Assembly: GCF_000150275.1 (NCBI RefSeq)
Contig: NW_002060947.1
Span: 2,159,740-2,223,739, forward strand
Length of the DNA: 64,000 nt
Direction: 5' to 3'
Source: Trichoplax adhaerens
Lineage: Eukaryota; Animalia; Placozoa
Every line of letters begins with the position of its first letter. Positions within the stretch are counted from its first letter, which is position 1. A program made the position numbers and the translations under genes. The notes under the pieces were generated by a model. That model made no database searches and was not told the DNA's origin. It saw only the letters and a list, made by a program, of their open reading frames with translations. Positions 34,401-48,759 of this stretch are shown here, piece after piece.

Positions 34401-37136
34401 TATAGATATAAACTGTGCTTGAACCGTATTATAGGGAGTAGAGCAGAAGCAGAAGGGTTACGAATCAAAGATGAAATAGTTTGGATAAATGGGGAAGATG
34501 TACTGACAAAGTCAATAGATGTAATTCACGACATGATTACTGAAGTAAGCTTGAAGTTTCAACGTGTAGTTTGTCAGTAGCTCATACATAGTGGAACCAT
34601 AATTTGGTAATTAATATTTTTAATGAACAATCTGAACCTATTTTAACAGGGAATTAGAAATAGTAACCTTATGCTGAAAATTCGCCGTCATCAAAATCTA
34701 TATGGTAAGATTTGAAGATATTACCTTAATAATCCTTTACTGCTTTGCTAATAATTTAACGACACTGCCATTTTACGAAATTAAATTAATTTCGGTGATA
34801 CCTTCAAATACCGCATAATGTAACTGTGAATAGTTTAATTACTAATTTTTCACTTACCGTATACAGGAGGCAGATCTCCTAACGAATACTTTCCCATTAC
34901 ACCACTGATCACTAAAAACTTATTTTTTTATTGATGTATTGCAGGTGCGAAAGATTTCAGTGATACAGAAAGCATGGCATCATCAGTTGGAGATAAACTA
35001 ATATTACCTGAAGAGAATCCTATATGGAATAGCGTAGTTCAGGAAGCTGAAGAATATAATCAGGAATTATTATATAATGGAGACGATAAACAGTCAAACT
35101 ACAGTTTAAACGAAAGCGAAGATGGGGATGCTATTTCTGATATAGAAACTTTGAGTAGCCATTCAGTTAATAAACCATCAAGTCCAAGATTAGAAAATCG
35201 TAATAGAGGATTTTCTATAGGTTTAAAACCGCTTAAAGATGAATATAATACTTCAGATCACGATAACACTGATAACAGCCATGATGAAAACCGTCGTTCT
35301 TCACCTATGAGTGAGCAAAAACCTTATCGGAGATCCGCACAAATAACTAGCCTAAGGGTAAACCGAAAAACTGAAGATAAGATTGACAAGATTGATGATA
35401 ACGTTAAAGATACGACAAAATTTAAAAATCAGTCACATCGAATTAGAAGTCTTCCACGCTCCGTACGCGGAGAAACTCCGCAACCACTTAAGCAAGACAA
35501 AACTCCTGAACGAGACTCACCGAAATTAGTTAAAGATTTAACTAAAAACAGAACGGTGTCACCAAACTCTGAATCTAATATTCCAAAAAATGTGAGTCAG
35601 CCGCATCAGAAAAGAGAAAGTACAAATACGATAGTTTCCAGTAGAAAATCAAATGATGTCGTTATACAATCCAGAAGGCAGACACCCACTCCTACACGCG
35701 GCCCTTCCCCAATTGTTAGTCAAGACCAAGGGCATTCAGCTAGCCGAAGGATTCCCTTAAGAATGAGAGGAACTTCACCTGCAACTGTTAATCATGAGGA
35801 GCGACAGACGCCCAATATTCAGAGTAATAAGACGCCTGCTCGAATCATTAACAGAACTACGCCGTCAAAGAAGGTTTCATCAGCGCCTGCAGTAAGAACT
35901 TTACCAGTTAAGAGTAAGACGCCAAGTGAACCGACAGTTGATCCGGCTCCACAAGTAAATCAGCGAAGCATAGAAAGAAATAGCCCAGTGGTCGAAAATC
36001 GGCCGAGTCCTTTTCATAGTAGACCGTTGAGAAGTACCCAATCGCGACTACCATCAAGGCCAAATTTGCAATCGAAAAATATAACACCTGCTTCGTCTGC
36101 TAACCAAAACCGGGAAGCAAATTCATCTAATAACAATGTTCCCGCTAAAAGTCCCATTACTGCACCACCAACTCGTGTTAATCGTCCTTCATATGGTAGA
36201 CAGTCACCTGCTATGAAATCTACTGATAGTGAACCTGAGATACCACCTCCAAGGAAGACAAACAATTCTTCTAGCAATAAGCAAGTATATCCACCGAATT
36301 CCCTACGTAATGCTATTCCACCTCGACGAAATATAACAAATCAGCCCAGCAAGGGAAATGCTATTCCTAGTAACCAACCATATGGACGTACACAGCGAAG
36401 TGAAACTTCTACCAAGAATTTTCCAGTTCGTGCTACTCCGTTGAACACGAATTCTTCTACGGAGTACAATCTTTCGGCTGCTCCATCTAGAAATCCCCCA
36501 GTTGCTGATCAAAATAATCGCGCTTATGATTCCAATAATTTATATAATAAAAAAGTTAATGGGGATCATCAAAATTCTAACGGGCAACCTAATAATCCGC
36601 ACGGTCGATCTGTGCTGGCTCATCCAGTAAACCGGAATACCTTTAATTCTAGAACAGCGGATCGCAACGTAAATGTCCCAGTTCAGTCTCTTAATAATCC
36701 GAGTGGGTATCATCCACGTTCAGGATTTGGATACCCTGTAAATCCCAATGCTAATCCTGGATTAACACCTCCTGCTAGAAGGCAGCCTACAACAAATGGT
36801 GGATTTAACAAGCCAAGTTAGTACGATACTTATACTAATACAATAGTTTTTTTGCTTGTTAAGATGGGCTATTTAGTAAGTAATGGTCGAAATATTATAA
36901 GTATCTTATTGTAACGCTATTTTAATTATTTATCAGCTGCCAGTGGACAGGGTTCCTATGGTAACCCTTCCAAATTAGATCAAAAAAGCCCAATCAGCAA
37001 TAGCCAAAGTAAGTTCTCTAATTGTGATATCACAATTATTCATATTTTTCCCATAGTTTATTTAATTGCTTATAACTGACATTACGTTCCGGATATTTTA
37101 CACCTTGTAGGTTTCAACAACTGGTCTTCCGTTTGA
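28413..37136 (+). CDS. LMO7/LIMCH1-like scaffold: calponin-homology domain + PDZ + long Ser/Pro/Arg/Asn-rich region; no LIM domain found; C-terminal PDZ-binding motif -WSSV
   Basis: Exons approx. 28413-28484 (MPQ...VKRWIE), 32046-32116 (LLQDGILLCE), 32252-32321 (HIKPGLI), 33131-33237 (ENVQNFLNGC), 33322-33358, 33548-33661 (TIYYLG...FTGPYLDL), 33864-34013, 34119-34278 (DHFGFTV), 34435-34544 (GSRAEAEGLRIKDEIVWING), 34650-34704, 34945-36816, 36937-37008, 37111-37136. The CH domain matches the LMO7/LIMCH1 type. Confidence 0.85.
28860..30560 (-). pseudogene. Decayed cysteine-containing (F-box/FBXL-type) leucine-rich-repeat gene, antisense in intron 1 of the LMO7-like gene
   Basis: Minus-strand fragments FTVLDLSNSC, FCPKLT*L, CRLLIKL...CITEKSF, VNLRKC and RITSFCRTVSKL, separated by stops and frameshifts. 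Confidence 0.5.
29245..30140. repeat. Degenerate tandem array, 6-7 units of ~125-160 bp
   Basis: ttgcaagaaactgcagtaaac...ccttggcgttgaaagatttttccg...aattgact...aagaggactttctac recurs near 29267, 29400, 29550, 29698, 29855, 29981 and partially 30119. Confidence 0.85.
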
Positions 37137-39306
37137 TTTTCGTCATTTTTGCTGGTGTATTCAAGTTTTATCTACTTTTACCCTTTTATTAACTACCATT
37201 TATATTATAACTTAAGTTCATGACAACTAATGGTTACTTACAGATCATTTAATTAAGTTCGATTATTTTTATGTCTTTATCTGGTAATCCAGCTTTGTAA
37301 GTACAAATTAACGAAATCAAGGCGTAGTGTATGCTAAGTGAAGAAACCCTATTATGTTATGTTTCATAATTTGACATATGCTGCGTTCTTAATTTAAGGG
37401 AGAAATTGTAGATGATTTTTATAAGCTCAATGGATAATATAATTAGCGGATATACTCGTACTGATATACAGTGAGATCTTGCTTGAAAACAATTAAGTTA
37501 GAAATTTTTAATTTTATCATAATGATCTCAATTCAATTTTATTTTTATTTTACGAGCACAATTATTTGCCGGCTATTCGTACGTATGATCGCACATCATG
37601 TTCAGTAACTTTGCATATGAATTATAAATATAATCGCGATAACAGAATAATTTGCAATCAATGCAACGGATCCAAATGGTCAAATACCTTTCGCTTGTGA
37701 TCAGCAGGGCGTTTGAACGTCTATGCCTACAATCACATGTAAAGGATAGATCAAATTTTGCGATTGTCTTGACCGACTTATTGAAAAATATATAATGTAA
37801 AGACCGATGAACGATGGGAAACTTAGGTGCAATTTTTCACGTTTCCAAATGTGAACGCCGGTATTACTTAGATTATAATCCGGGATTAACGATAATTATT
37901 CTTTTAAGGATAGAATGTACTATTGTACTGTTGTACGTCATAATACAATAATACAATTATTGTAATCATATACTTCAATGCATTTACTTGTATATTGGCA
38001 GATTGTAGCTTATATGGTTCTGTGAGGTAATTTTAAAATCCGTATATACTGTAAATTTGCTTATACTTGTGTGCTAATTATATTAACTTTATATTTATAG
38101 CAATAAACGCCTTATTGCTGTTGTGTAGACATCAATGTGATCTTACATGCATACATCACGAGCAAATAAATTACTACTACGATTTTATAGCGTCGAAAGT
38201 AATTTTATTGGGTTGTTTTAGTGATCCATTACTAACACCGGTAAATAGAATCACAGCAGGTATTAAACTCCGTATGCATGGAGAATCGGTTTATATAAAG
38301 CTTTGGTACATGACTTACAGTAAGATGATATGCCAAAGTAGTGATAGTACCATTTTATGGCTATGAAATGTATGTACAGTGCGTGATATATATGAAGATT
38401 CGATTGTTCAAATTTGACTTATTGAATTTACCAATGGACTCCTTGAAACTGCAGGCGAAATTTGATAGTTTTAGCACGTATAGGTTGACACAGACATTTC
38501 CTTACTGGTACCGTATAATAACGGTGTTACTTATTTATCAGAGTCTTACAAACTTGAAGATAGCTACGATCTCGATCACGAAATATGCATCCCATATCGT
38601 ATTTATACAAGATAAGTGAATTAGAGTATACAGGGATCAATATTTACAGAAAGCAATTTTAATGTTATCTTTCAATGAATTTCCGTACTAGACTTCTTTA
38701 GATATTGATTTCAAATCCGAATAGCTTACAGAAATTCTATCATTAGTACAAAATAATTTGCAGATAGATATGTGTATACTGTACATATAGTTATAACATC
38801 GACTTTTGCGAGATATCACTGAAAGCATGCAGAGCAGTGACATACAAACAGTTAATTGACGTGATGTGCCATGAGTTGGGGTTTACACTAGTATCAATGA
38901 TATATGTTGGATACTAATATTGTTATTTATTAAATTAAAGTTAAATTTACTTTTCTAAGTTGTAAAACCTTCAACGCTTATGAATTACCATGATACCGAA
39001 CTGCGGCCTTGAATTTCTAACGTGCACTATTACTATGAAGCAATCAATATTATTATCTCATTACTATAAAATTTCAATCCAAAAATCTTAATTTATCTAC
39101 CATCTGTTGTTTATTTTTGAAAAATCCATTAATAAAATTGATTTCAAGTTCAGGATGAAAATAGTTGTGAGTCATTGAAATAATAATATTGCTGCATGTA
39201 TAACATCTCAGTAAATAAGTTCAGCAGCATTAACAACATTTTTAATTTAAACCGCAAATTTTAGAAAATTTTATATAATTGCGTTATTACAACAGCATAA
39301 TCTAAT

Positions 39307-42300
39307 TTACAGATTTGTATCCATTTTGGTTTCAAATTTTCTAGCGGTTGTCTCATTTGTCGGCTGATCGTTAACGGAAAGACTTAGTATAGGTCGAGGT
39401 ACGATAGGATTATAATCCCAAATTGGAAAATTACGCTTATAAAGATTCATGCATATTGTATCGTGTGCTTTTAATTGCTTATCAAAGATACACTTCATAT
39501 GCCCGTGAGTTCCTATAAATGAAAATATTCAACTTTTACCGAACCATATTATATAACTAAATGAAATTATTTAAGCAAATAACTTGTTGTAATAGGATTG
39601 GCAAACCTAAAGCTTCTTTAATATGACCACGACGACCGAACTTGCTATATAACTCAACGGGTTTGAACCACGCAATATCCTCTATAAACGATAACAAACA
39701 GCGTTCACATCAATGTCTAAAATCCTATGCTTAATCATGGGATATGACTGCTATCCCTATCACTCACCTCTGTTAAAGAACATATATCGGATAACAGCAA
39801 TCCTTTTATGAATTTTATAGGGGTGACCGCTTAGAACGATCTTCTCAACAACAGTTCTATCAGGATTAACGTTTAATAATGATCCAGTAGCAACTAAAGA
39901 GAATCCTAAGAACGCATTTGTATCAATTGCAATTACAAAATTTTGGTTACATTGCCATCACGTTAAGAGTCAATAAGACTATACATAAGAGGATTTAATC
40001 AATCATAGCTAACCTCCGTCTTCATTTTCTCTAAATACAATAACAGGAGCAGGAGGAAACATAATCGGGCAGTACATAGTCGCAACTATTGCTTCATTAG
40101 TACGGAAAAATCTTTCCAACTACCATTCAACATAATACATTTTCCATCATTTAGAGTATTTAAGACTAGACGGTGATATTAAATATATCTAATTTCTACA
40201 GTTATTAATAGTACTTTGTGCTTATTTCCTGTTGAATGTTGAGAAAACATTGGACTTGCCGAAAAGCGCCGAAATCCTACTTGAAACATCATTCTATCCT
40301 AGTTATGTTTTGGAAGAGAGTAATCATCAGCATTTATGGTATCTTTGTTTTAATATGAAATTGTCAATTGCGCACGAAAGTCATTATCATTCAATCGTAT
40401 TAACATACATTTGATTCGATTGTTCCAGAGTAATAAGCAGTCCGTTGTAAAACAAAATTTAGCACAGACATCTGCAATACGACAATAAGTATAACTTTAA
40501 AAGAGATGTTTAGTAAATGTGCCGACTTTTCGTCTAAACTTGCCTTTTGTTCATGTTGTAACAGACCAAATATTACTAATGGCCTATGAGTTTGAAGATT
40601 ATCTGCGTGGGAAGGTATAAGTCAGATTTTTACAGGAACCTTTACATTTTTGTCTGTTTTTCTAATAGATTAAATTTACAGGACGCTGACCTGCAATATC
40701 TCTCGGAACATTCTTAATATGAAGTGTCACGTACCACCCTATCTATAATATATATAAAAACAGAGATATTAAAGAATACAAATTCTATTATTAATTATAA
40801 GTAACATTCTTGCAGAATTAGTTACCTGGACATTAGATTCTTCATTGGATGACAAGATAACCTTCCTTGTATGCTTGAAATTCTGAAATTGAAATATTCT
40901 AGCGAGCAAACAGAAATAAACCAAAGCAGTCAGAAGCTACAATATCCTCAACAGCTAATTTATACATCAATAATTTTACACAAATATAAAATCTTTTCAT
41001 TGGCATGATAAGAAAACAAGAAGATACCTGGAGTAATCCCTAGGCAAGTCTTCCTTGGGATCCCAGGGAGAAGTTCTAAAGCTCCGTAAGCCCCGATAGC
41101 TTGAAAAATATTAATATTTAATTGCTACCATTACGCGTACAAATAAAGGATTTCAATTTAATTGAAACTATATTCCTAGTTTTATGAGCATTACTCAATA
41201 AATGCTTCTCTAGCTGGAATATTAAGTGGCGTATCAATCTCATCTGGAAAAGTACGGTCTTCCTTTTCTGCTCGCATCTTTTCTAACCTTTAATAAACAT
41301 AATAGCGCTATTTAATGAAACTTTACTGGTTGTATAAAAACCTATCTCACAGAAATCATACTCGGTTCTTTCTCTTTCCCAGTCCATTTCTTGATCATAA
41401 TTGATAGCATCTCCATCCATGACTGTTGAAAATGTAACCGTTTTAGATTCGCCTTCATGGCTGCTATATGCCTATATAGGAAGTAGTTGTCGTGTTATGC
41501 CTTTAATGTAGTAAGTTTTAAAAATTTTGCCAACATGATAACTTACTGGCGAAGCAGGCTCGTCGTGGTCGTATTCAACGGCATCAGGAATATCATCGTT
41601 GCTGAAATTATTTTCATCGTCGTCCGCATCATCATCCTTGGAAATAGGAGGTCAACTTGGTATTAGTACTGGTTACAAGACACTACACATATGTCCAATT
41701 GTCCATTTGCACATATATAAATAGTATAAATAAGGAAATATATCAATACGAACGAGGCCATCGTTTTCTTCGTCATCACTTGCTACGATCCAACAAGCTT
41801 GATAACTTGATGTACCCGCAGGAACTGCAAATTTTCTATTACGTTTCATTTTCTGTTTCCGTTCTTCTGCCATTTTAGAGAATTACAATAAAATAATTCA
41901 ATAATTACATTTATCAACATGAATCGTTTGTTATTTTAATATTTCACTCGTAACTATTTTAGCATAGATTACCATCTGCTTGTTGCAATTCTTCTTCAGT
42001 TGGCCATGTCTGCTCATCATTTAAGGTATCTATGTCAGCTTCAGCTATAAGGGTTTCCTATTAATTGATACGGAATAGTGCTTTTTAAACTTCTTTCATT
42101 TAAAATTCATCGTCAGCATGAATACATCTAGGCTAAATAGGTTAATTGTTATATCCCATACTTGCATTGCAGGATCAGCTTCATCTAATACTCGCATATC
42201 TTCTTCCATACTTTCAATCTATGTAATCGACATTATAAAATTACACTAAAAATCTTTCTTTACTCGTAATAGATATTTTATCACGAGCAGTAATTACTAC

Positions 42301-44542
42301 CTGATCAGTTGAGGATCGTCTGCTGTTTGAGTTTAGCGATGGATTTGGTGGGGCAGTAATCTAATTATTAAAATGATAAGGATACTTGAAAAGTACATAT
42401 GATTATATCTATATTGAGCTCTGCACAGTAAATCTGATCTTCGTTATATTATCGGAGACAATAAAGATACGTTCACAATGATCTTTGCATGCAGTAATTC
42501 GTTAACCGGTTATTGAGTTATACTTTTATGCTTGGCATAGGTTTTAACTTACCTTTAGTAATTGATATTCGCCACTTCCAGGTATGTATACGAGATTGTT
42601 GGCTGATAATGAATGTCCACGTAGATATCCTGTTACTTGTAAAACACCATTGTCGCTACTGTCGCATTCATTAAATTCAACTGTTTCAGCAAGCAAATAC
42701 GGCCGAATTTCACGGTATGTTATCTTTTGCAATTTAGTGGTAGCAGCAATGCGAAGAATCCTTTGCGCATCCTAAATTATATGTTTTTTTACATTACCAT
42801 ACGGTTTTAAAAGTTTGTGTAACAAAGAAATTGCTTTCAACCTGTTGAGTGTCCAAATGAAACCATTTTTCCTTGGAAAATCTTAAATATCAGATAGAAA
42901 TAATTCACTCGGTTAGTAATCACTCATAACTGTAAGGCTAAGTTCTTACAGAGTTTAAAACTGATGCTATTGCTAGTCCGAATTTGAGACAAGACGAAAC
43001 AGGTGGACAATATGCATAGTATATTATATTGCGTTTATGATTACTTTTGTAAGACAATTTTTTGGATATTTCTTTTAATTTCATGCTGTTTTTTGCCACT
43101 ATGGTTGATTATTCCTTGCGCCGTAACAATAGAAGTCGGCAATCCTTGTGCAAATAGACATGAAAGGCAATGATGTCCATACGAATCGATAATCTCGTTA
43201 CTTGCGGAAAGAACAAATAATATCGTATCTGCGATCTAATGATGTATATACATACATATTTAGATATCATGGTACTGCATATTAAACGACAAGCATATTT
43301 ACGAGTATCTTATAAAGTGCTCATTGGTTGACTTTGTTATCATGTGAATGAATATAGGTCATTTAGGAATCAATGCTATAACCTTTGCAGCGTCTAAACA
43401 AGCATATAGATCTTTTAATGGTGGTTGCAATATTGTAAAAGTTGCTTTATACGAATTCGACCTAAGTGATAAGATAATGATACGGCCATTAAGTATAATA
43501 CAGATAGACGTTTAAGGTAACGTAGCAATACACCATTATATTGTACAGTACAATACTTGCACAATTTTGCCCGAGGCAGTTGATATGCGTATCTAGATTC
43601 CAAGTTGTACTTACACTAGTGTAGTACCGGAATATCCCTTAATGATATTGGCCGTCTCGTCACACGAAGTTATATCATTTACAATTTTATTGCTGTCAAC
43701 TGCATGCAAGCTTAGTGGGATAACAGCCTAAAATGTCATAAAGTTATTCAGTCAGTACCAATGATTGTTATTTTGTTGATGGTTCTATCTGCAACTTACT
43801 ATGATATGAGGAACGGAGCCAAGGTTTCCAATACCTCTTTTCTTTGTTAAAACTTCTTGACGTTTATGCTTACGAATTTGACTAAGCTATCGGTTTGAAT
43901 ATACGTAAGGAAATGTTAGTAAGAATCATTCAACATTAAAAGACAAAAATGCCAAATTATAGAGGCAAAATATAGGACTATTCTTCCTGTAACTGATGCA
44001 AATTAACTAGGTTTTGATCCTTATCAATGCATTGACTGTATATTATGTCTTCCAATATTATTATCAAGCTATACCAACCCTATTTTGGCGTTGTTGTTTA
44101 CTCAAAGCATGATGTAGTCGACGTGATATTGATTTAGCTCCGACCCTTCCTAAAATCGATAAAATGGCACAGGTATAACAACAACTCTAACTCTATTCAT
44201 TAGTTATATCTTGTAGCTTGATTGATAGCCTGCTAATTATAACAATTACTGTGCATTTTGCATGTAGCAGTACAAAATCCTAAAAGTGGCTTGGATAGCT
44301 ATTAGGATTAACGGTAATCCAATATACTATAATTTAGTATGTTCAATATGCATGCGAGTAGTTTGGCAACTCCAATCACTATAATCACGTCAAGATACTG
44401 TACTGTATATAACAGAATGGAACGAGCTAGTACCGCTATTGATTTCGTCCAGCTTTCCTTTACTACGATGCTTTCCATGTTTGTGACTTTTATTTGTTTG
44501 TTTGAAAGGACCAGGCCTGTGTTTCACCTGTGCATCAGCCAT
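39307..44542 (-). CDS. TSR1: Pre-rRNA-processing protein TSR1 (40S biogenesis)
   Basis: Starts [29 protein letters not shown]. Contains RPYLLAE...[99 protein letters not shown]. Confidence 0.96.
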
Positions 44543-44689
44543 TTTTGTCGCATATAACGTTGCAGAAAGAGAGCTGGACAGCGATGATAATGGCTTGAGC
44601 TGCCGGTGCCTGTTTTAGATCGATCCTGGATCTGCACGCCTGATGTCTGTCCACTTGACATCTGAAGCCCGAGCAGATCACTAGCTCGG

Positions 44690-45150
44690 AGTACAGTACC
44701 GTACAGTACAGTACACTACAGTGTACAGTGTACAGTCATAGTCTATCGGTCACGATTTGCGACCCTATTCGAGACCGTGATCAGTTAGTTGTACACGTCA
44801 CTGCTAGCGTTGTCGAGGACCTTCTACAGTACTATACTCTGTGTACTGTAGCATTGTACTGTACAGTACTATAATGCTTGTACATAATAACAGACTGTAC
44901 AATACGTAGAGTGCGTCGCTATCATAATTACGGTGTACAGCATGTACTGTCCTGTCCTGTCTTGCACAGTACACTGTGAGAGTCACAAGGAGACTCGAAC
45001 TGGAGAAAATCCCCCATTTTTCCCTTGACTAGAGAGTCGAAAACTGTGCAAAATAGATGTCGTAAAAAATTTTCCATTTTAGTGTAATCGATTCTTAACT
45101 GGCGACATTTATATTGCAAGTAGAGTTACAGTCTGTACTGCACCGTACTG
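44690..45150. promoter_or_regulatory. Divergent TSR1/UNC50 promoter with a TAC[AT]GTA cluster
   Basis: gtacagtaccgtacagtacagtacactacagtgtacagtgtacagt at 44691-44736, with further copies to ~44975 and at 45131-45150. Confidence 0.6.
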
Positions 45151-45724
45151 TAGTTTTGAAATTTTCACATTCGCCAGATCGAACAGGAAAGCGAATGTTG
45201 TTGTCGCCATTCTTCTATTTACTGACGCATAGGACTGAAAATCTGCTGGTACATCATCTCCAAAATCGATTATTTCTTCAAGCAAGGACTGATAGAAGAT
45301 GGATAGAAGGTTTAATATGCTAAATGATAAGATAACTGATCGATTTGAATGCCATGCTTCAGCTTACTTTAGAATTTAGTACTACGAATATGCAATATAT
45401 AAGTGGATCGTTGACCTATAATGTACTACGTGGCTGCAAATGCTAAGTTTTCCAAAGCTACAACATGCTCGTTAGAATAAAATTGACAGTGATAGAAGCT
45501 TGTACAGCCCTCGCACTATCATTTGAAGCATATGTACGTTTATCTTTACTGAAACTACAGTGAAGATGGCCACATCAAGCCGTGCAAGGCATAGTAGATA
45601 AGTGACTCTTGCTTGATGATATTATGGAAAAAATACGTGCACCCATAAGGAGTTCAATCTGTTAAATACCAATGTGGTTATTTACCATTTCTTGCTTTAG
45701 ATCCTTACTGGAGTACTATACTAG

Positions 45725-45914
45725 ACATGCAGTAGATTAGTTATCAATTGCTTGAAATTAAAAACTCTTGCACTGGATACTTTGATGAATTAGATAGTAC
45801 TTTGAAAAGATAACTTTTACAGAACATGCAGTCGGTTATCAATTGCTTGAAATTAAACACTCTTGCAGTTGGATAATTTGATGCATTAGATAAAACTTTG
45901 AGAAGATAGCTTTC
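45725..45914. repeat. Tandem duplication, ~100 bp x2
   Basis: acatgcagt...gttatcaattgcttgaaattaaa.actcttgca.tggata.tttgatg.attagata..actttga.aagata.cttt occurs twice. Confidence 0.85.
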
Positions 45915-47001
45915 AATGTCCGTACAACTGTATCGCATACATCTATATCCTGTTCTACACTATACTACTTTATCTGTTATACGTATATACTGTACATTAC
46001 CCACTGAAGGTTGTGGACAGAAACGCTGACTTGTAAATAAACCCTTCTGCGAAATACGTATTCAACCTAGTATAGACACACCAGATTAACGCTGTAGCGA
46101 AGGATATACAATATTATCGACTGTACAGAATATGAATTCAAATACTGTACGTATAAATTGTTTAATGAACTGATTATAAGCTTACTTATTGCTTTCAAGA
46201 TCCTTGTGCATATCTTGGTTGTAGTATGTAGTATTCACTATGTAGCGATAAGAGATGAGCTTAGCGATGCAATAATAATAAATGAGTGATAGAGTTCGCA
46301 AATCAAATACACAGTTATCTATCTACATAATCGTATACAAGGATTACATAGTTTTCTAGTTTTCTGCACATTGGGTCAATCTAATGGCGATGATTAGTAA
46401 TTAGTATGATGCTTTTATCACATGTACTGTACTGCAAGCAGCTTGCAGTTCTATGCAATGATTGTTTTATCGTGTAATATCTTCAGTCCAACAAATACAT
46501 CATTAATAATCAATGAATTAATTTAGTTTGTAATTACCGCAAAGTTACTACAGTACATGATTCTACATATACAAGTAGACTACAGTAGCTATAGTAACAA
46601 CATTTGCTCGAGGTGTCATCGGCATATCTTATTAAATTGAATGCTGTATATGAAAGTTCACTATTGTATCTTATACCTTATAACTGTACGAAAGAGATTA
46701 TGATATTCAGACAGCAGACTCAGGGACATTTATCTACTGTAACTATAAAACTAATTTATATAATTGTTTATATTGAATCAAAGCATAATATATGTATATG
46801 TCAAGAATACTTTCTTCATCTGCTAGATATAAGCTGAGCGAATAGTTGTATTCGAGTATACGAGTGTAAATGTGGTACAGTATTATAATATGTTGTGTTA
46901 TTTCGTACAAAGTAAATGCTTACTTCTACCTACAAATGGCAATCGTAAATGTAAATAATGAACGTACCGTATGACTTGGTTATATTGTTCCAATATTTAG
47001 G

Positions 47002-48759
47002 ATATCTATAGACAATCATGAAGAGATGCATAATTCTGGCAAAGACTACATGACAAAATGTTTATCATCTTCTCGAAAACGTTATCAATACTTTCAGAGA
47101 TTAATAAAATTCCGTGAGATGGACTTCGAATTTGCAATGTGGCAGATGTTATATCTATGCGTATCCCCACGCAAAGTGTTAGTGAAATTGAATAGCTTTA
47201 AGCTTGGGTTATTATCTGCAGTAAAAATAAAAATATAATTACTTTCTAGCTATGTATGATTATTTAAATAGCTAACGTAAGTGCTTTTTTGTTATACAGC
47301 TATCGCAATTTCCATTATCGCCATCGTAAGTATAATAAGCCAGATTAAGAGAGCTGTTGTGGTATCATATGTATGATGGTATACAGTAGCTAAATATATG
47401 TATAAAATTAATTTCGTTTCCTTACTAAAGAAATCGTAATATTGTTCTAACTGTATTCTTTAGTATCCCAGAGATTTAAATCGTAGTACACTTTATATAA
47501 CATCAGCTAGAGTTTCATCTGATTTGCTAAATAGCACAGTACATTATTACGCGTAAATCCTAATGCACGCACACGACAGGAGATATTACTGATTCATTAG
47601 ATTTATTAGTGATAAAACGGCATCTGTTATGAGTTTTCTGACCGTAACCGCCTTTCCACTTGACATCGGAAAAATTGCAGAAACAAAGCATCAATGGGCG
47701 AGGGATGATCCTGCATTTTTAGTTCTTTTAGCAATGGCGCTTTGCAGTAAGTTATACGCTGAAAAATCATATGTAGTTTATTTATTGTATCATACTTTTC
47801 GTAACAATTGATACGATGAACGAGCGAAGTTATTAGAACTTCAGATTAAATTTTGAAAATATCAAATCGGCTAAATTACTATAAGGTCTTACATGTATTA
47901 TTTTTTATAACAGTTTCTTCCATTGGATTTGCTATTGTGTTAAAGCTTAATGTCTTGGCATTTGTAAAATTTCTATTTTGGGTCATATTTATCGACTGTA
48001 TTGGTGTTGGGCTTGCTATCGGAACTTTACTTTGGTAAGTACAACTAAGCGATGCTAGTGACTGCTTCATCAAAGCGTTTTTATACACTTTGCGAAATTT
48101 CTACACGTTTGATATACAAAATATTAGTACGAATCTCACGATTCACAAATTATGGCAGGTTTATCACAAACAAGTATCTCAAAGAAAAGCAATCGCATGG
48201 AAGTGAGCAATCTGTAGAATGGCTTTATTCATTTGATGTCCACCTGAATGCATTTTTCCCGTTATTAATTGTCCTTCATGTTGTTCAGATGATCTTTATG
48301 CCTGGTAAAGACTGTGTAATATAACTTACTGTTTGTTTAATTAACTAATTATTTTAATTATAATCATTAGTTACTTCTTTATGTCTATATCTTGTTACTT
48401 ATTCCTATATCTTCTTATGAACAGTCATCATTGATCAACCGTACTTCATATCGTGCCTTATTGGGAACTCGTTATGGCTAATTGCTTTAATTTATTATAA
48501 TTACGTAACGTTTCTAGGATACAGTGGTAAGTGTCTGCTTTGCATGTAGCTAAATCTTTCTATCTACGCGTATATCAATAATTTAATTGGTATTAACTGG
48601 GATAATTGTATCGAATCTCTAGCATTGCCGTTTTTAAAGAATACAGTGGTAATCTTGTATCCCGTACTGGCTTTTATCTTAATTTATATCTTTTCATTAA
48701 TTTTTGGATGGAATATTGGAAAAAGTGTCATGACTTTTTACAGGTATCGTATATTATAG
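47002..48759 (+). CDS. UNC50: Protein unc-50 homolog (Golgi/nuclear membrane trafficking); true start exon uncertain
   Basis: RYQYFQRLIKFREMDFEFAMWQMLYLCVSPRKV|YRNFHYRH|ETKHQWARDDPAFLVLL, FWVIFIDCIGVG, VEWLYSFDVHLNAFFPL, LIGNSLWLIALIYYNYVTFLGYS|ALPFLKNTV. Stop TAG at 48757-48759. Confidence 0.93.

Noticed and set aside
36014-36512. Minus-strand ORFs of 87 and 69 aa
   Set aside because: Antisense shadows of the large LMO7-like exon.
37650-37700. CNQC peptide as a missing LIM exon
   Set aside because: The frame closes quickly, and the remaining His/Cys ligands and clear splice sites are lacking.
39500-44430. Intronic C/D snoRNA in TSR1 (vertebrate TSR1 hosts snoRNAs)
   Set aside because: No properly spaced RTGATGA...CTGA pair with a terminal stem was seen by eye. 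An Rfam/snoscan search would be needed.
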